A DNA stretch of 64,000 nt from Eledone cirrhosa (lineage: Eukaryota), in NCBI GenBank assembly GCA_964016885.1, contig OZ024749.1, positions 3,162,001 to 3,226,000 on the forward strand, read 5' to 3'. This document shows positions 13,155-26,643 of the stretch, one piece after another (position 1 is the stretch's first letter; each line of letters opens with the position of its first letter). The notes beneath the pieces were generated by a model. It was given only the letters and a program-made list of their open reading frames with translations. It made no database searches and had not been told where the DNA came from. The position numbers were made by a program, and so were the translations under genes.

Positions 13155-14314
13155 CCTATGATAAGGAAGATAATTCAGAACATTTAAGGTGACTTGAGAG
13201 TGTAATAAAATGGGGTGAGACGATGGGATAATGGCGATAGATGAATTAAATAGATGAAACAGCGAAATATAAACTAAAAAAGATAATGATAACAGATGGC
13301 TAATTAGGATTGGGGTATTTTGAAGAGTATTATCTTAATGGAGGTGAACATTGATGGTAATGTTTCCTATATAGGTGGTGCTGTGTGTGAGATACGAAAT
13401 GTAGACTAACGTAAGGTAACTTAAAGTGATTATCTAGATGAGATAAGTGAAAAAGAATTAGAGATAAACTAAACGACAGTATATTAAGAGTAGACTGATT
13501 TAAGGTAACTTAAAGGAGTGAGAGATATATGAATGAATACGAGATAAATTCTTTCTTAATTATCTTACATCTAGTCATTGATGAATAAGAGATAAATTAT
13601 TTCTTAATTATCTTACATCTAGTCAATGTTAAAATATTGTAATTGTCACCAAACTTCTTATTCTGTGAATAAACAAACCTTATTTAGTAAGAAAAAAAAA
13701 AGAAAAATTAAGGAAAGAAAGAAGAAAAAGAACGGGAAAGGGAGGGGATGAAAGTGTTCTGGTCTCACAGAAGAGAGTGGAGGACTGAGGGGTGAGGATG
13801 ATTGGGCTTTGGGCCAAGGGCAAGGGGACAGGAGTGCTGAGCCTCGCCGACATGACGGCATTAAACATTGAGAGAATTCTATTTTTCGGATATAACATTG
13901 CTGTGTAAATCAGCTAAGTTCAATGGTACACATAATGTTGTGGTATTCATGACATTCCAAGAGGCATGAGTATTATTTATGAAGAATTGCAATTGAAACA
14001 TTCATGTAAATTTAAGCTGCAATCCATCTGTTTCTTAAGTAGAATGATGTTTTCCGAGTTCATATAATAGATTTTACATATAGACGAGGATATTTTCTAT
14101 TACCATACGATATCATGGCATCTATTGTGTTAAGTGTAATAACACCGCCATTGTAAAATATAAATCACATGTGTGAAATATAATGAAAGTAACTGAAGTA
14201 GAATCCATAATTTTCATAAACTTACTCTCTTAACCGAAATACGACGCTAGAGAATATAGCAGCAAAACATATTTTGACATCGGGATATGGTATTTAATAG
14301 AGCCAGGTACATCA

Positions 14315-15018
<704 letters not shown>

Positions 15019-15590
15019 TAACAGATTAAACTTTAAGGTATATTTCTTTAGGTCGTTTTGGAAGCCTCAACAATGCAGATGGGTAAATCTCCGGGTAACA
15101 AGATCCGGTGGTGAAGAGAGAGATGTAAGTGAATGTAGGTTGACATGTGTAGTGTGTAGAAGAGTGTAGGAAATAGCGTAAAGGATAACAATGATAATAA
15201 CACGAGATAGAGTTACCTTGGGAAAGATTTAATTGTCCATATATATTTCGGATTCATATCCATCAACTGGGGGTGTTTTCCGGGGGGGGGGTTGTCTGTC
15301 GGAAAGGTGTGAAACGTGTCCTCCGCTGTTCGTTGTTTTGAATATCTGAGGTATTCAGCAGAGCGCGTGTGCGCGTGAAATGGGGTCGGTCAAGCAGAGG
15401 TCGGCGGACGAACATAGGTCGGCGGTCAAGCAGAGGTCGGCGGCCGAACAGTGGAGGATATGTTTCGCACATGTATGCATGTAAAAGGTAAACAGAAATA
15501 ACAACACAATCGGTACAGTATATGGAAGGAATATATTAAGTTAACGCTTGACATAGGAGGAAGGTATATATATTTATATATATGTTTATA

Positions 15591-16138
15591 TAAATATAAG
15601 TATGTATACGTAGATACATATATGTATACAGATGTACAGCAGTATGTATTTACATACATACATACACACATATATACATGTTCGTATGGGTTTACTGAAC
15701 ATGTATTATAATGCTCGGTTTGTTTGTAAACAAACAGCCCGAATTATTAGCCGTACAGTGTTCGGCAACCATCGTTGCCATTTTGTTCAACACTGACAAA
15801 GGAAAGTATATACTCTCAAACGTTCAACATTGCATAAGGAAAGTATATACTTTCAAACGTTCAAATGACTGACAGGAAGGTATACGGTGCTGATGAAAGC
15901 TAATAAGCTAGAAACTAATTCATCGTTCCTTTGTCATTGTTGAACAAAATGGCAACGATCGTTGCCGAAAACTGTACGGCTAATAATTCGGGCTGTTTGT
16001 TTACAAAAAAACCGAACATTATAATAAATGTTCGGTAAACCCATACGTACATATATATATATGTGTGCATGTATGTATATACATACTACTGTACGTCTGT
16101 ATACATATATGTATGTACGTATACATACTTATATTTAA
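15591..16138. repeat. Foldback with ~210-bp inverted arms (15591-15804 / 15926-16138), probably PLE-derived
   Basis: GCCCGAATTATTAGCCGTACAG...TGACAAAGGAA vs TTCCTTTGTCA...CTGTACGGCTAATAATTCGGGC; related shorter foldback at 31453-31600. Confidence 0.85.
15885..15925 (+). ncRNA. Minimal hammerhead ribozyme motif in the foldback loop
   Basis: CGGTG-CTGATGA-aAGCT aata AGCTa-GAAA-CTAA-TT-CATCG. Confidence 0.62.
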
Positions 16139-16216
16139 GTATCAGCCGTACTAAGAGTGAGAAATGAAATTTCATTTTTTCCATTCAGGTTTATATACAT
16201 ATGCATATACATACGT

Positions 16217-16293
<77 letters not shown>

Positions 16294-16385
16294 TAAGATC
16301 CGTAGTAAACACCTGACGAAGGGAAACTTTTCTTCACTTGTTTGTGTCTCGATTACCTTCTAACACTATATATATATATATATAA

Positions 16386-16563
16386 AACGAAGGAAATGTG
16401 GTAAGGAACCAGGTGGACCATAACGCAGCAAAGTACTCAATACTTAAGGTAGTAGAGTGGGTAATAGGAACCATTAAGACCCCGACGGCTGAGCTCAAGC
16501 CGTTTTGACGGCTAATTCTGTCGTCGAAACGGCTTGAGCTCAGCCGTCGGGGTCTTACTGGTT

Positions 16564-16568
<5 letters not shown>
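16386..16568 (-). mobile_element. Short (TA)n-flanked foldback element, family FB1, copy 1
   Basis: Hairpin ATAGGAAC..GACCCCGACGGCTGAGCTCAAGCCG / CGGCTTGAGCTCAGCCGTCGGGGTC..GTTCCTAT plus ~75-bp unpaired tail; homologs at 26.9, 32.2 and 40.8 kb. Confidence 0.8.
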
Positions 16569-16617
<49 letters not shown>

Positions 16618-17440
16618 GAGATATCCACGGTATATTGTGGGGTCTAATCTGCATGAAGAACTCAATGTAATCCCTATGTTGAAAATGCTGTAGGTTAATC
16701 CAAAATATCAGATAAAGCGAATACTTACTTACATGAATCTATTCAAAAGCATTAATAATTGTATTCAAAATTAGTAGTAAAGTAGTAGTATGTTTAGTTC
16801 TATGACCTTGTTTTGAGGTAGTTGAAGAAATAACCACTCAGATTGTTTTTTTTTTCCATATGATGTTAAGATGAAAAATATTTCTCTTTAGTTGAGGTCA
16901 TGACCCTTTGAAAGGAATGGTTGAATGGTGTTAATAACAGAATTGCCATAACAAATCTATTACTAAGAAAGGGATTGTCAAATTGATAGTTGAATGTATA
17001 TGGTATAGTGAAGTTTAAACGGTATGTACAAATTAAATGTTGAGTTGTGTTGTATGGAGTTTTTAGATGAATATAAATTAAGGTCATGGCTAGGAAAAGA
17101 AAACTATATAAGATAATGAAATAGTAATACAATATAGTACGGTGTGGTAAATTTTACGTAGTATAATACAGCGTATGATACGCCTTAAAATACTTTCATC
17201 TATGTCTATGTATAAATAATCAAACTCAGATAAATACATGTTGACATAGTCAACACGCATAAATTTCATAGATCACAAAGTACATATGCCCACATGATAG
17301 ATAAAAGTATAGTTATATTGATACTCAACTAAAAATATACATACAGATAAATCGATGCAAACATATACATACATCAACACGTGCACACAATCATATACAC
17401 ATATATTCATATTTATATATATTTACATATACGCACCTAT

Positions 17441-17482
<42 letters not shown>

Positions 17483-17744
17483 GTATCTACACACACATAT
17501 ATCTACACACACACATATAAACACTCATACACATATATTCGCATACATACATATATACATATTTACTCATGCAATTACGGGTGGTTGTGTACCTTGTTGC
17601 ACTTAGTCATTCACGCATAAATCTAAGGAAGCTAAAACATTAAAAGGTAAGAAATAAGCATGAATGTGTATAATTAGGGGAAAGGGGTAACAAATGTTAC
17701 GCCACATAGAAGTATACTGAGTTGCTATTTAGAACATTTAATTA

Positions 17745-18165
17745 GATTTATAGTATTTAAATGTTTTTCGTATACGGTGATTACAAACTATAATCAGTTC
17801 CTGTTTTTACGCAATAAATCGTCCTTAGATTTAGTAATTTCAAAGATCTCTCCGGAACATAACCTGCATTCTCTCCTGTTCCCAAGATATGGAGTTCTTT
17901 GTGGAATGGTGTTCCACGATAGCTTGAAATCTCTTTTTCTCTTGTTATAGTTATTTACTGCTTCATCTAAAGATGTGGTGTTAGCTAGTTCAGTATTATG
18001 AAAACTACTAGCGTGTGCGTAAAATCTTTTCTTAAATGTGTTTGATGTAGATCCTATATATGTTTTATTAATGCACTGTGTCTACTAGTGACTCCAACAA
18101 AACATATATAGGATCTACATCAAACACATTTAAGAAAAGATTTTACGCACACTCTAGTAGTTTTA
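17745..18165 (-). mobile_element. Penelope-like GIY-YIG endonuclease remnant with 5' inverted duplication
   Basis: Minus: KTYIGSTSNTFKKRFYAHASSFHNTELANTTSL...CRLCSGEIFEITKSKD, homologous to ORF 43483-43944; 18099-18165 is the inverse of about 18001-18068. Confidence 0.82.
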
Positions 18166-18183
18166 ACAACGTTATAATTACAA

Positions 18184-18262
18184 ATTTACTGATACGAATC
18201 AAGTTCGTTTAACCACAGAAAATATGCAGTATAACAGTCCACAGGATCCTCAGTCAGCAAAT
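18184..18262 (-). ncRNA. Hammerhead motif, copy 1 of an inverted pair (GAAA->TAAA)
   Basis: Minus: ATTTGCTGA-CTGAGGA-helix II-TAAA-CGAActtgaTTCG-TA-TCAGTAAAT. Confidence 0.6.
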
Positions 18263-18598
18263 GTAGATGCTGTTCACGACACATCTAACCTGTTGGATAG
18301 AGAGAAAGCTAATATACACGCTGCCCAGAGTACGGCAAAATCACGTGTTATTTGCATCAAATAACGGCTCTCATGTATTAGGGAAAAGCTAGACAGAGCA
18401 GCCCAATCATTCGAATTTAATAGCTCAACAATTTGGAGCTCGTTAAGTATACGGGGATCGGAATAAAGAATTTTCCTCTGTTCACAGTAATAATAATATT
18501 AGCTCAAAGAGGAATAGAGAATTTTCTTCTGAGCTCAAATACAAATATAAATATATTACCCAATCCATGAGGTTAGATATGTCGTGAACAGCTTCCAC

Positions 18599-18676
18599 AT
18601 TTGCTGACTGAGTATCCTGTGGGCTCTTATACTGCACATTTCTGGGGTGAAACGAACTTGATTCGTATAAGCAACT
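18599..18676 (+). ncRNA. Hammerhead motif, copy 2 of an inverted pair (core CTGAGTA)
   Basis: ATTTGCTGA-CTGAGTA-TCCTG...GGGGT-GAAA-CGAActtgaTTCG-TA-TAAGCAACT. Confidence 0.6.
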
Positions 18677-18955
18677 TATAGTTATAAGGTTGGGAATTTA
18701 AAACTCTACTTCAGAGATTTTATTCTGACTTAGTTTTTTTCTATTTAATTGCTAAACCTGTAGATATTGTTCTTTATAAAGTAACGGTAAAAATCACTTG
18801 TAATAATTCTTGACACACATCTCACTCTGTAACACAGTTCTCTTGGTGTAATATATTTATATTTGTATTTGAGCTCAGGAGAAAATTCTCTATTCCTCTT
18901 TCAGCTAATTAATATTATTACTGTGAACTGCGGAATACTCTAAATTCGATCCCCG

Positions 18956-19020
<65 letters not shown>

Positions 19021-19050
19021 ATATATATATACATACACACACGCATATAT

Positions 19051-19091
<41 letters not shown>

Positions 19092-19094
<3 letters not shown>

Positions 19095-19430
19095 AAGGAT
19101 AAATATATATCAAATATATAAGAACCGTAGAGCAAATCCGAGCAACGCAGGGCATTCTAATAGTATTTATTAAAATAACAGATTAAAGTTTAAGCAAAGA
19201 ATCGCGGGATCTTCTGAAACTATAAAAAAATCAATCTGTGAACGCAGAAGTAAATATTTCGAAAAACGTTGCAAACCGAAGGAAGATAGGAAGACGATAC
19301 TTTGGGTCGTGGACATGTTCCCTGGCAATGAACGGAATAAAAGCTAATACGTAATTATTTGGAGCGGGTGAGAACAATTACACGCAAAGACAAAACCACG
19401 TTTATAGTATACATGAAGTCGTAGACTTAT
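19092..19430 (-). mobile_element. Solo terminal repeat of the Penelope-like family at 45.5-50.3 kb
   Basis: Near-colinear with 48265-48585 (AAGGATAAATATATATC...GCAAAGACAAAACCACG...GAAGTCGTAGACT). Confidence 0.85.
19137..19163 (+). mobile_element. 27-bp Helitron-like insertion
   Basis: TCCGAGCAACGCAGGGCATTCTAATAG inserted between A and T of consensus GCAAA|TATTTATT; absent from the copies at about 45565 and 48305. Confidence 0.6.
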
Positions 19431-19432
19431 AC

Positions 19433-19470
<38 letters not shown>

Positions 19471-19508
19471 CGCGTAGGAGGCTAGGCTGTGTGGTTAGTG
19501 AGAATGAA

Positions 19509-19997
19509 GTATTAGAAGATAATCGAGACATAAACAAGAAAAGAAAGTTTCCCTTCATCAGCTGTTCACAACGGATCTTGGATGTTTCGGCGCTTAAAAC
19601 AGAACATCGATCTGTATCGCGCCCTTGGCCTTTTATCTATCAGCTCCTCTGTTATTATGGTCCAGCGGGCTTATACCCATCGGCTTAGTCTCACTTGATC
19701 TATTTTCTCTTCGGTTACTTGCATACATGTGCCATTGGCCTATGCTCCCCCTTCTATCGGTTATGTTTACTTCGTATTTTTCGTTTTCTTCTTTTTTTTT
19801 TCTTCTTCCACTTTTCTTTCTTCCGCTCTCTTCACTACCATTTCTTTTCCTATTGGCCTTTTGATAGATAAAATGGCATGGGTGCGCTACGGATAGATCT
19901 TCTATTTTAAGCGCCGAAAGATCCAAGATCTGTAGTAAAGACCTGGCGAAGGGAAACCTTTCTTCACTTGTTTGTGTCTCGATTACCTTCTAACACT
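19509..19997. repeat. Element with ~135-bp inverted terminal repeats (19509-19642 / 19862-19997), PLE-like
   Basis: TGATAGATAAAA..GCGCCGAAA..CTGRYGAAGGGAAAC..GTCTCGATTA in both arms; third partial copy at 16295-16367. Confidence 0.75.
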
Positions 19998-20010
19998 ATA
20001 TATATATATA

Positions 20011-20104
<94 letters not shown>

Positions 20105-20134
20105 GTGTGTGTGTGTGTGTGTATATATATGAGT

Positions 20135-21295
20135 TACATTAATGCCTGCTTCAGTCGAGGCTGACTATAGGTAAAATCCAGTTGTGAGCTCTGCTGGAGC
20201 AGCGTCTCCCGTATCCCAACAGACCTATACGCGAGTGACAGTTTCTGACCCATTGAACACATCTGTATATGATCTCTGGTATTGAATTTATTGCGCTCCT
20301 TTCACTGGGCTCTCCTGTCTGCTGTTACAGTCATCAAACTATCCCCCTTGATTTGAGGAATTGATTCAAGGTGTTTTTCCATCTTAGCCAGTCAGCTGCG
20401 AGGCCCTCCCAGGATTGTGTTGATCTTAATGGCCGTCATATCTCTCTTCACAATGTCCTTGTATCGTAGCCGAGGTTGACTGCAGGCTCTCTTTCCAGAG
20501 GCCAGCTCCTCATATAAGATGTATTTTGGGATGTAGCCAAGGCCGTGGTGTGCACAATTTTTCGCAGGATTTCCGACTTGTGGAGGACAACGTTGGGGCA
20601 TACATGATGACAAGGGTGACATGACCTGCGGTGGTTTTGAGGTGGAGATTCAGATGTCACACTGAGCCGTTATTCCCTGGTTCTACCATACTCAGCAGGC
20701 TGTTCCTCACTGCGAAGCATACTCCATGCACCTTGGGCTTGTCTTTGCCTCTCCCCAGCCAGTAGAACGTGTAGTTTTTCCTTCAGTGTACCCGGCTCAG
20801 ACAGTCACGTTTCCTCGGGTGGCATTATCCACTTTCAGTCTCTTCACCTCAGTGTTAATCACAGTTGTTTTTCTGCAGTCCCTGATGTTCAGTATGTTGT
20901 TGGAAAGGCCAGTCACTATTGTCCGGACATTCCATGTTCCATGTTTTAGAACTGGTGTCTTTTGTTGCTTGGTTATTTTATCTGGTTCAAAGGCAGCTGT
21001 CTGCTGTTAGGATGAATCCTAATCCTCATGCACCTAATGAGGAAAGCAGACTGTGACGGACAGCACCTTACTGGCTGGGGTCTACCCAGCTTGAGGCGGG
21101 CGATAGCTGTCCAGTGAGATCTGAAAATCTCTCTCATCATCGGGAGCAAACCCTGGTGCCTTGTTTTTACGCCAAATAATTGAAGGCTTATCACCGGTAA
21201 CTGCTTCTCCCAGTGTTGTGTCCACGCTGTAGGTGAATCTAGAGTGTCGTTTCCAGGTGTATGGTGCAGGTGGTGTTGATGAGTGATCAATGGCT
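20135..21295 (-). mobile_element. RTE-clade LINE, internally deleted (5' UTR + APE start joined to 3' end)
   Basis: Minus: HGTWNVRT APE start, then GYIPKYILYEELASGKR..QPRLRYKDIVKRDM C-terminus; no RT core. Confidence 0.8.
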
Positions 21296-21754
21296 GTTAT
21301 GTGAGCAATATGTTTATAAAACAGATCTTAGATTACCCCAACTCTAAAAAAACCACTCTTCCTCTCTACATAGTATGTTTTATCTGGCGATATGTTTATA
21401 CAATATACTAACACATAATAGAAGATCAACTCCTATATTTACTCCTTACAACTACTTTTGAAGATTCGTATTCACGGTATTTGGACGTAACACAAATCAA
21501 AATATATACACTTACTCACTCACAAACACACACACACCTACACACACACATGCATATATATATATATATATATGCGTTTGTGTGTGTGTTTGTGTGTGCG
21601 CGTGTGTGTGCGTGTTTGTATGAGTGTGTTTTCTCTGTGTGTACATGTGCGTATGAGGGTGTGAGTCCGTATTTGCACGCATATAGCCACATTTATAACC
21701 ATCAATCTCCCATGATATAAAATCGTTCTTTCTTATATTGACACAACTAGATGC

Positions 21755-22187
21755 AACACACACACTCCCACACATACACATACACACAGACACCACGCAC
21801 ACACACACATACACAGACACACACACAGACACACAGACACACAGATAAACATACAGGCAAGCACACAAACACACACAGCCACACACACACACGCAGAGAT
21901 ATACATACACACATACATGAAAGCACACACACACATACACACAAACACACAGGCAAACACACACACACACACGCAAACACACACACACACACATACATAC
22001 AGAGAGAGAGACACACAAATATACACGCAAACACACACACACATACCCACACATACACATACATACACACACACATAGACATACAGACAACCATACACAC
22101 ATGCAGGAAGCACACATACACACACATACACACAAACAGACAGACATACATACATACACGTAAACACACACACAAACAATCATACAC

Positions 22188-22255
<68 letters not shown>

Positions 22256-22330
22256 GCGCGTGTGTGTGTGTGCGTGTGTGTGTATGTGTATGTGTGTGTG
22301 TGAATATATATATATATATATATATACTAC
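21755..22330. repeat. Degenerate (CA)n/(TA)n/(TG)n compound microsatellite
   Basis: Read directly from sequence. Confidence 0.95.
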
Positions 22331-22951
22331 ATAGAAATCACGTGAACCCGTTAATACATCAGAATTTTATAATCGACTAAAACATAATGACCTCCTTAAA
22401 TGAGAGTTCATCTCTTAATATCAAAAAGCACTTTGAAAAGCTCACAATTATGAAGAAATAACAGGCTGTATTCATAGATTGTGAGATATGGTTAACGTCT
22501 GAAGTAGATTTTGACTGTACATATGAGGTGAAATTATCTACGAATCACTTCGATTTATGTATAAATAGTTACAAATTTATGTCGGAGACGAGAATAGCAT
22601 TGAATGAAATCAGGTTATTTGTGAGTGCACTAAGCCAAGTTTATGGGCCAATAATATTTAGAATCTTAGAGGAGAATATTGTTTCGATTTTAGTAAATTT
22701 GAATCCCTCAAGTAGATATAAATATATATGGTTCTGGATCTTCACATTTTAATATTCTAATATGTAGAACCTGCAAAAGATTATTAGTATTATCACTCAC
22801 AAACAGTAAATTACAGAAATTCATACATAACGATATTTATTCATACAAAGATTGTTCAGGAGAAAACCAGGTTCGGTCTTTATGTATCCATATTTATGTG
22901 GATGTATGTGTAGCGCTGTATTTATATGCATTTAGCGTTGCAATCATACAA

Positions 22952-22992
<41 letters not shown>

Positions 22993-23433
22993 TATATGAG
23001 CGTTTCGTCTTACAAAAGGTGAGAAGATTACATAATAGATACAGTTAGGTTTATTCATTTATTTAAATCTGATCTTTCACCTTTCACGATTCTCTGCTTT
23101 ATGTGTTTCCGCTTTCAACCAAATTCTGATAAACTATCACCGTTCCTGTCTTTGTCTTCATTCAACAGACACTTAAAAAGAAATCTTAGTTATCGATTAG
23201 TGCTGGTCATATTGTATTGGTTAATTACCAAGAGATAGATTGTTGCTAAGAAGTTCAGACAGTTGTTTCTATAGCAGCATATGTTTCATAAGCCTTTGTC
23301 TGTCATGATTACAATCAGTCTGGTTACAGCCGCGGCACCTCATGTATCAGAATATCTAATAACCATAACTTAAACAAACTGTGACTAATATAAACTCTAA
23401 ATATACATTACAACTCCTTACTTTCCTCTAAAT

Positions 23434-23962
23434 GTGAGGTTCTCAAAGTGAGCGGTACCCCTGCCCTCCCCCGAGAGGAATTGTGTAGTTCCAGTGCGGC
23501 TCCGGGGCCTAAGGGGGTTCTGTGTGGTTAGATATGATGCTATAGTATATATAAATATCAAATGATACATATTATATATAAATATTGTAAGATAAAAAAT
23601 ATATAATATTTATTTAAACATAGTATAGAATTGGCAGTATCGGTAGAGGGTCGGACATGCTTTCCAGCATAGTTACGTTCCTTTACGATCTGAGTTCAAA
23701 TCCCGCCGTGGTTAACTTTGCCTTTCATCCTTAATGGGTCGATAAAATAAAGTACCAGTAATGTACTGGTATAATTGCTGGCCTTGTGCCAAAAGTAGAA
23801 ACAATTATATTATTTATTATATATAAATTAACGATTTTATATTTTATTGATTATTTATAGGTTGCGTGTGGGCAGGTCTCTCTCTGGTAATAGGGGTGAA
23901 GGCGCTGAATGTATTACGTGGACATGAGGAGGGCAGGGATTTAAAATATTCGAGAAACTTTC
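23434..23962. mobile_element. Degraded hAT (Charlie-type) MITE interrupted by a SINE
   Basis: Ends GTGAGGTTCTCAAA / TTCGAGAAACTTTC resemble CAGTGGTTCTCAAA; 8-bp TSD CTCTAAAT. Confidence 0.65.
23628..23806 (+). mobile_element. tRNA-derived SINE
   Basis: TTGGCAGTATCGGTAGA..GAGTTCAAATCCCG..GTAGAAACAATTAT. Confidence 0.9.
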
Positions 23963-24039
23963 CTCTAAATCAATATATTCTATTAATATATTAGACGGAC
24001 GACAGAATTACAAATTTGCAGGGAAGGAAAATTTCCTTT

Positions 24040-24195
24040 AAATCGACGTCAGTGCATTAGTGGTACTTTCCTTTGTCGAGTCTGCAAGGATGGAAAGCAA
24101 AGCTAGCTTCGACAGGATTTCAACTGATAAAGCAAAGGGACGTAACACTATAACATATGCCATGTAATCCTTGGTTATACCGATACACCCAATCA
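24040..24195 (-). mobile_element. Old diverged SINE copy
   Basis: GGTACTTT..GTCGA..AAGGATGGAAAGCAAAG..GGATTTCAACT..AAAGGGACGTAAC. Confidence 0.65.
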
Positions 24196-24627
24196 ATAGC
24201 CCTGAAATAATTATCTAATAATCGAAAGTTAATATGAATATTTTTTAACGGACAACAAATAATATATTATATAATACTGTATAATATATGATTTGATATA
24301 ATGTAAATAAGATGAGTTGACTTAGAAAGCATTTGTAAATTTGAATATATAGTTGTGGTAAAAATAATTGAATAAATCGGCTGAATTAACAGAAGCGTTC
24401 GAATAAAACATTACTAGTGAGGCGAAACATAACGGTTATTGCATTATGTGGTTGTAGCAAGAACTAGAAATATCAGTGGAATAGTCTTCATAACAAATAT
24501 CAGTGGAATAGTCTTCATAACAAAAACTACCGTTCCTAAAATGAGAACTGGTAAGAGAGGTTATTATGTGGAACTACGAGATAAACTTTGTTTACAAACA
24601 AACAAATAAAACCATAAATATGTATAG

Positions 24628-24824
24628 TCAGGACCTGACAACTCTCTCTTTCTGACGGGGAGTTCTCCCACCCACTTTTGGGTGTGTAAGGGGTGTGCTC
24701 GTCTTGTGAAAATGGGTATAGCTTTTATTATGTAAAATCTCCCCATTTTGCCTCATTTCTCTCCGTTTTGAGGACCTTTTTTTATGGCACTTCCCGTTTG
24801 GGTCTTTAGAGTGTGGCAGGTCTG
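24628..24824. mobile_element. Possible MITE
   Basis: Imperfect TIRs CAGGACCTGACAACTCT / AGAGTGTGGCAGGTCTG; no TSD seen. Confidence 0.4.
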
Positions 24825-24989
24825 ATCGTGACAACTGTTTTGATATTGTTAATAGCCCTGTCATGTTTAACAGATGCTAAATAATACAATAACCATATCG
24901 GTAATAACAACAGTAACAAGAAAACAAAATCACTTGATCAACCTCAACAGCAACACCAAGTGTAACAATGACAAGAGTACTGATTTTTG

Positions 24990-25180
24990 ATTCCGGCAAA
25001 ATACCAACAATTTTAGGGGAGAGGTAAGTTGTTAGAATCGATGCCAGTAAGTTACTGGCACTATATGATGAATGACAATGCTAGGCTAGGCGGGATTTGA
25101 ACACAGAACGTAAAGTAACGTATCTCTCTGCCACAAAACATGGTGTCCAAAGCCCCACCGATACTGCTAATCCACCACCC
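24990..25180 (-). mobile_element. Old diverged SINE copy
   Basis: GGCGGGATTTGAAC..CGTAAAG..CCGATACTGCTAATCCACC. Confidence 0.65.
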
Positions 25181-25554
25181 CGACAAAGACAACAGTAATA
25201 AAGAGAAAAACTATCAACACTAAACATAAGGACATGAGGAATTGCTATGTAAATAAGCGAAGCAGCCAGGAAAGAAAGGATGGCAAGTGGTGAGTCTTCA
25301 TGTGCCCCGGTCCCCACGCTGCTGGTGGTGAGTCTTCATGTACCCCGGTCCCCACACTGCTGGTGGTGAGACTTCATGTGTCGTTGGACTCACAAGCTTG
25401 AAATATTTCATCTCATCATCTTCTGCCACATCCATCGTGTCCCCTGGCACCACTTCCGATGATGTGAAGTCGGCACACGTTACAACATCAAACTGATCAA
25501 GAATGTTCTTCGGCGTCAACCGAGTGAATTCGCCCGTGAAACATTTGATCCACA

Positions 25555-25750
25555 ACTAATTGAAAGAAGGAGCAACCGAGGCCGTGGACAGCTGAAAAGA
25601 TGGATGCACACAGTGAAAAGCAACGTCGAAGTCCACCTGGGCTGAAGAGTGTTCGGTACCCGCCATTGGAATCGTCATTGGTTAGCGCTTACAGAATCAA
25701 CTGCCCCCAATCGTCGTGCGTGATCTGTATTCGTGAACCCTGCCATGCAA
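25555..25750 (+). mobile_element. RTE-clade LINE C-terminal fragment
   Basis: RGRGQLKRWMHTVKSNVE..LG*RVFGTRHWNRHW..NRRA, followed by a TG tract. Confidence 0.55.
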
Positions 25751-26067
25751 GTGTGTGTGGGATGTGTGTGTGTGTGTGTGCGTGTGTGTGTGTGTGTACA
25801 TGCAATAATCTTGCTAAGAGCATCCCTAGGTTTCACGTCACAGGGAAAGTCATTCTGTAATTACTACCAATTCTTCGATTCAGCTGTCCTTTAAAAACCA
25901 TTAGTCTCCTCTTCATATATTTGTATACGTCTTTCTATTTGATTGATCGTTGGTTACATCTGATTGGTTATTTTACTAATATTGTTTCAGTTTATTGCCT
26001 TGGGGGTTATTTAAATTTCTTCTTTATTTTATAAAATGATTTATAAAATGATTTGTGAAAAAGTAAA

Positions 26068-26182
26068 ATAATTGTCTCTACTTTAGGCACAAGGCCAGCA
26101 ATTACTCAGTGCATTACTGGTACTTTATTTTATCGACCTCGTAAGGATGAAAGGCAAAGTCAATCTCGGCGGGATTTGAACT
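26068..26182 (-). mobile_element. 5'-truncated SINE
   Basis: SINE 3' half; TSD AAAAAGTAAAATAAT. Confidence 0.88.
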
Positions 26183-26504
26183 AGTAAAAAAGTAAAATAA
26201 TAATAATAAAAAAGAGTTAATTTCTCGTGAAAAGCATTTTTTTCTTCGCGGTTCATCGAGTGTATTTCATGTTTTTGCACGCAATCATTTTATTTCTATG
26301 AAATTAAGGCTTGTTTTTATCTTCAATTTGAAGAGCACATTTCCTGTGTATCTAGCTTATTATGTACCAGATCATGATTGGCATAGTGATGTTTGTCTCC
26401 GTTGGATGGTCACAACATTTGACGTTGTCACAGCAAGGGACGCAGCAATTTTAATGGTCTAGTGGCTTTTGTATATTGTTTTTCAATATGTATACATTCG
26501 CATA

Positions 26505-26536
<32 letters not shown>

Positions 26537-26598
26537 TATGTGTGTGCGTGTGTGTGTGTGTGCGTGTGTGTTGGGTGGGTGGGTTGGTGTTGGGGGTC

Positions 26599-26643
<45 letters not shown>

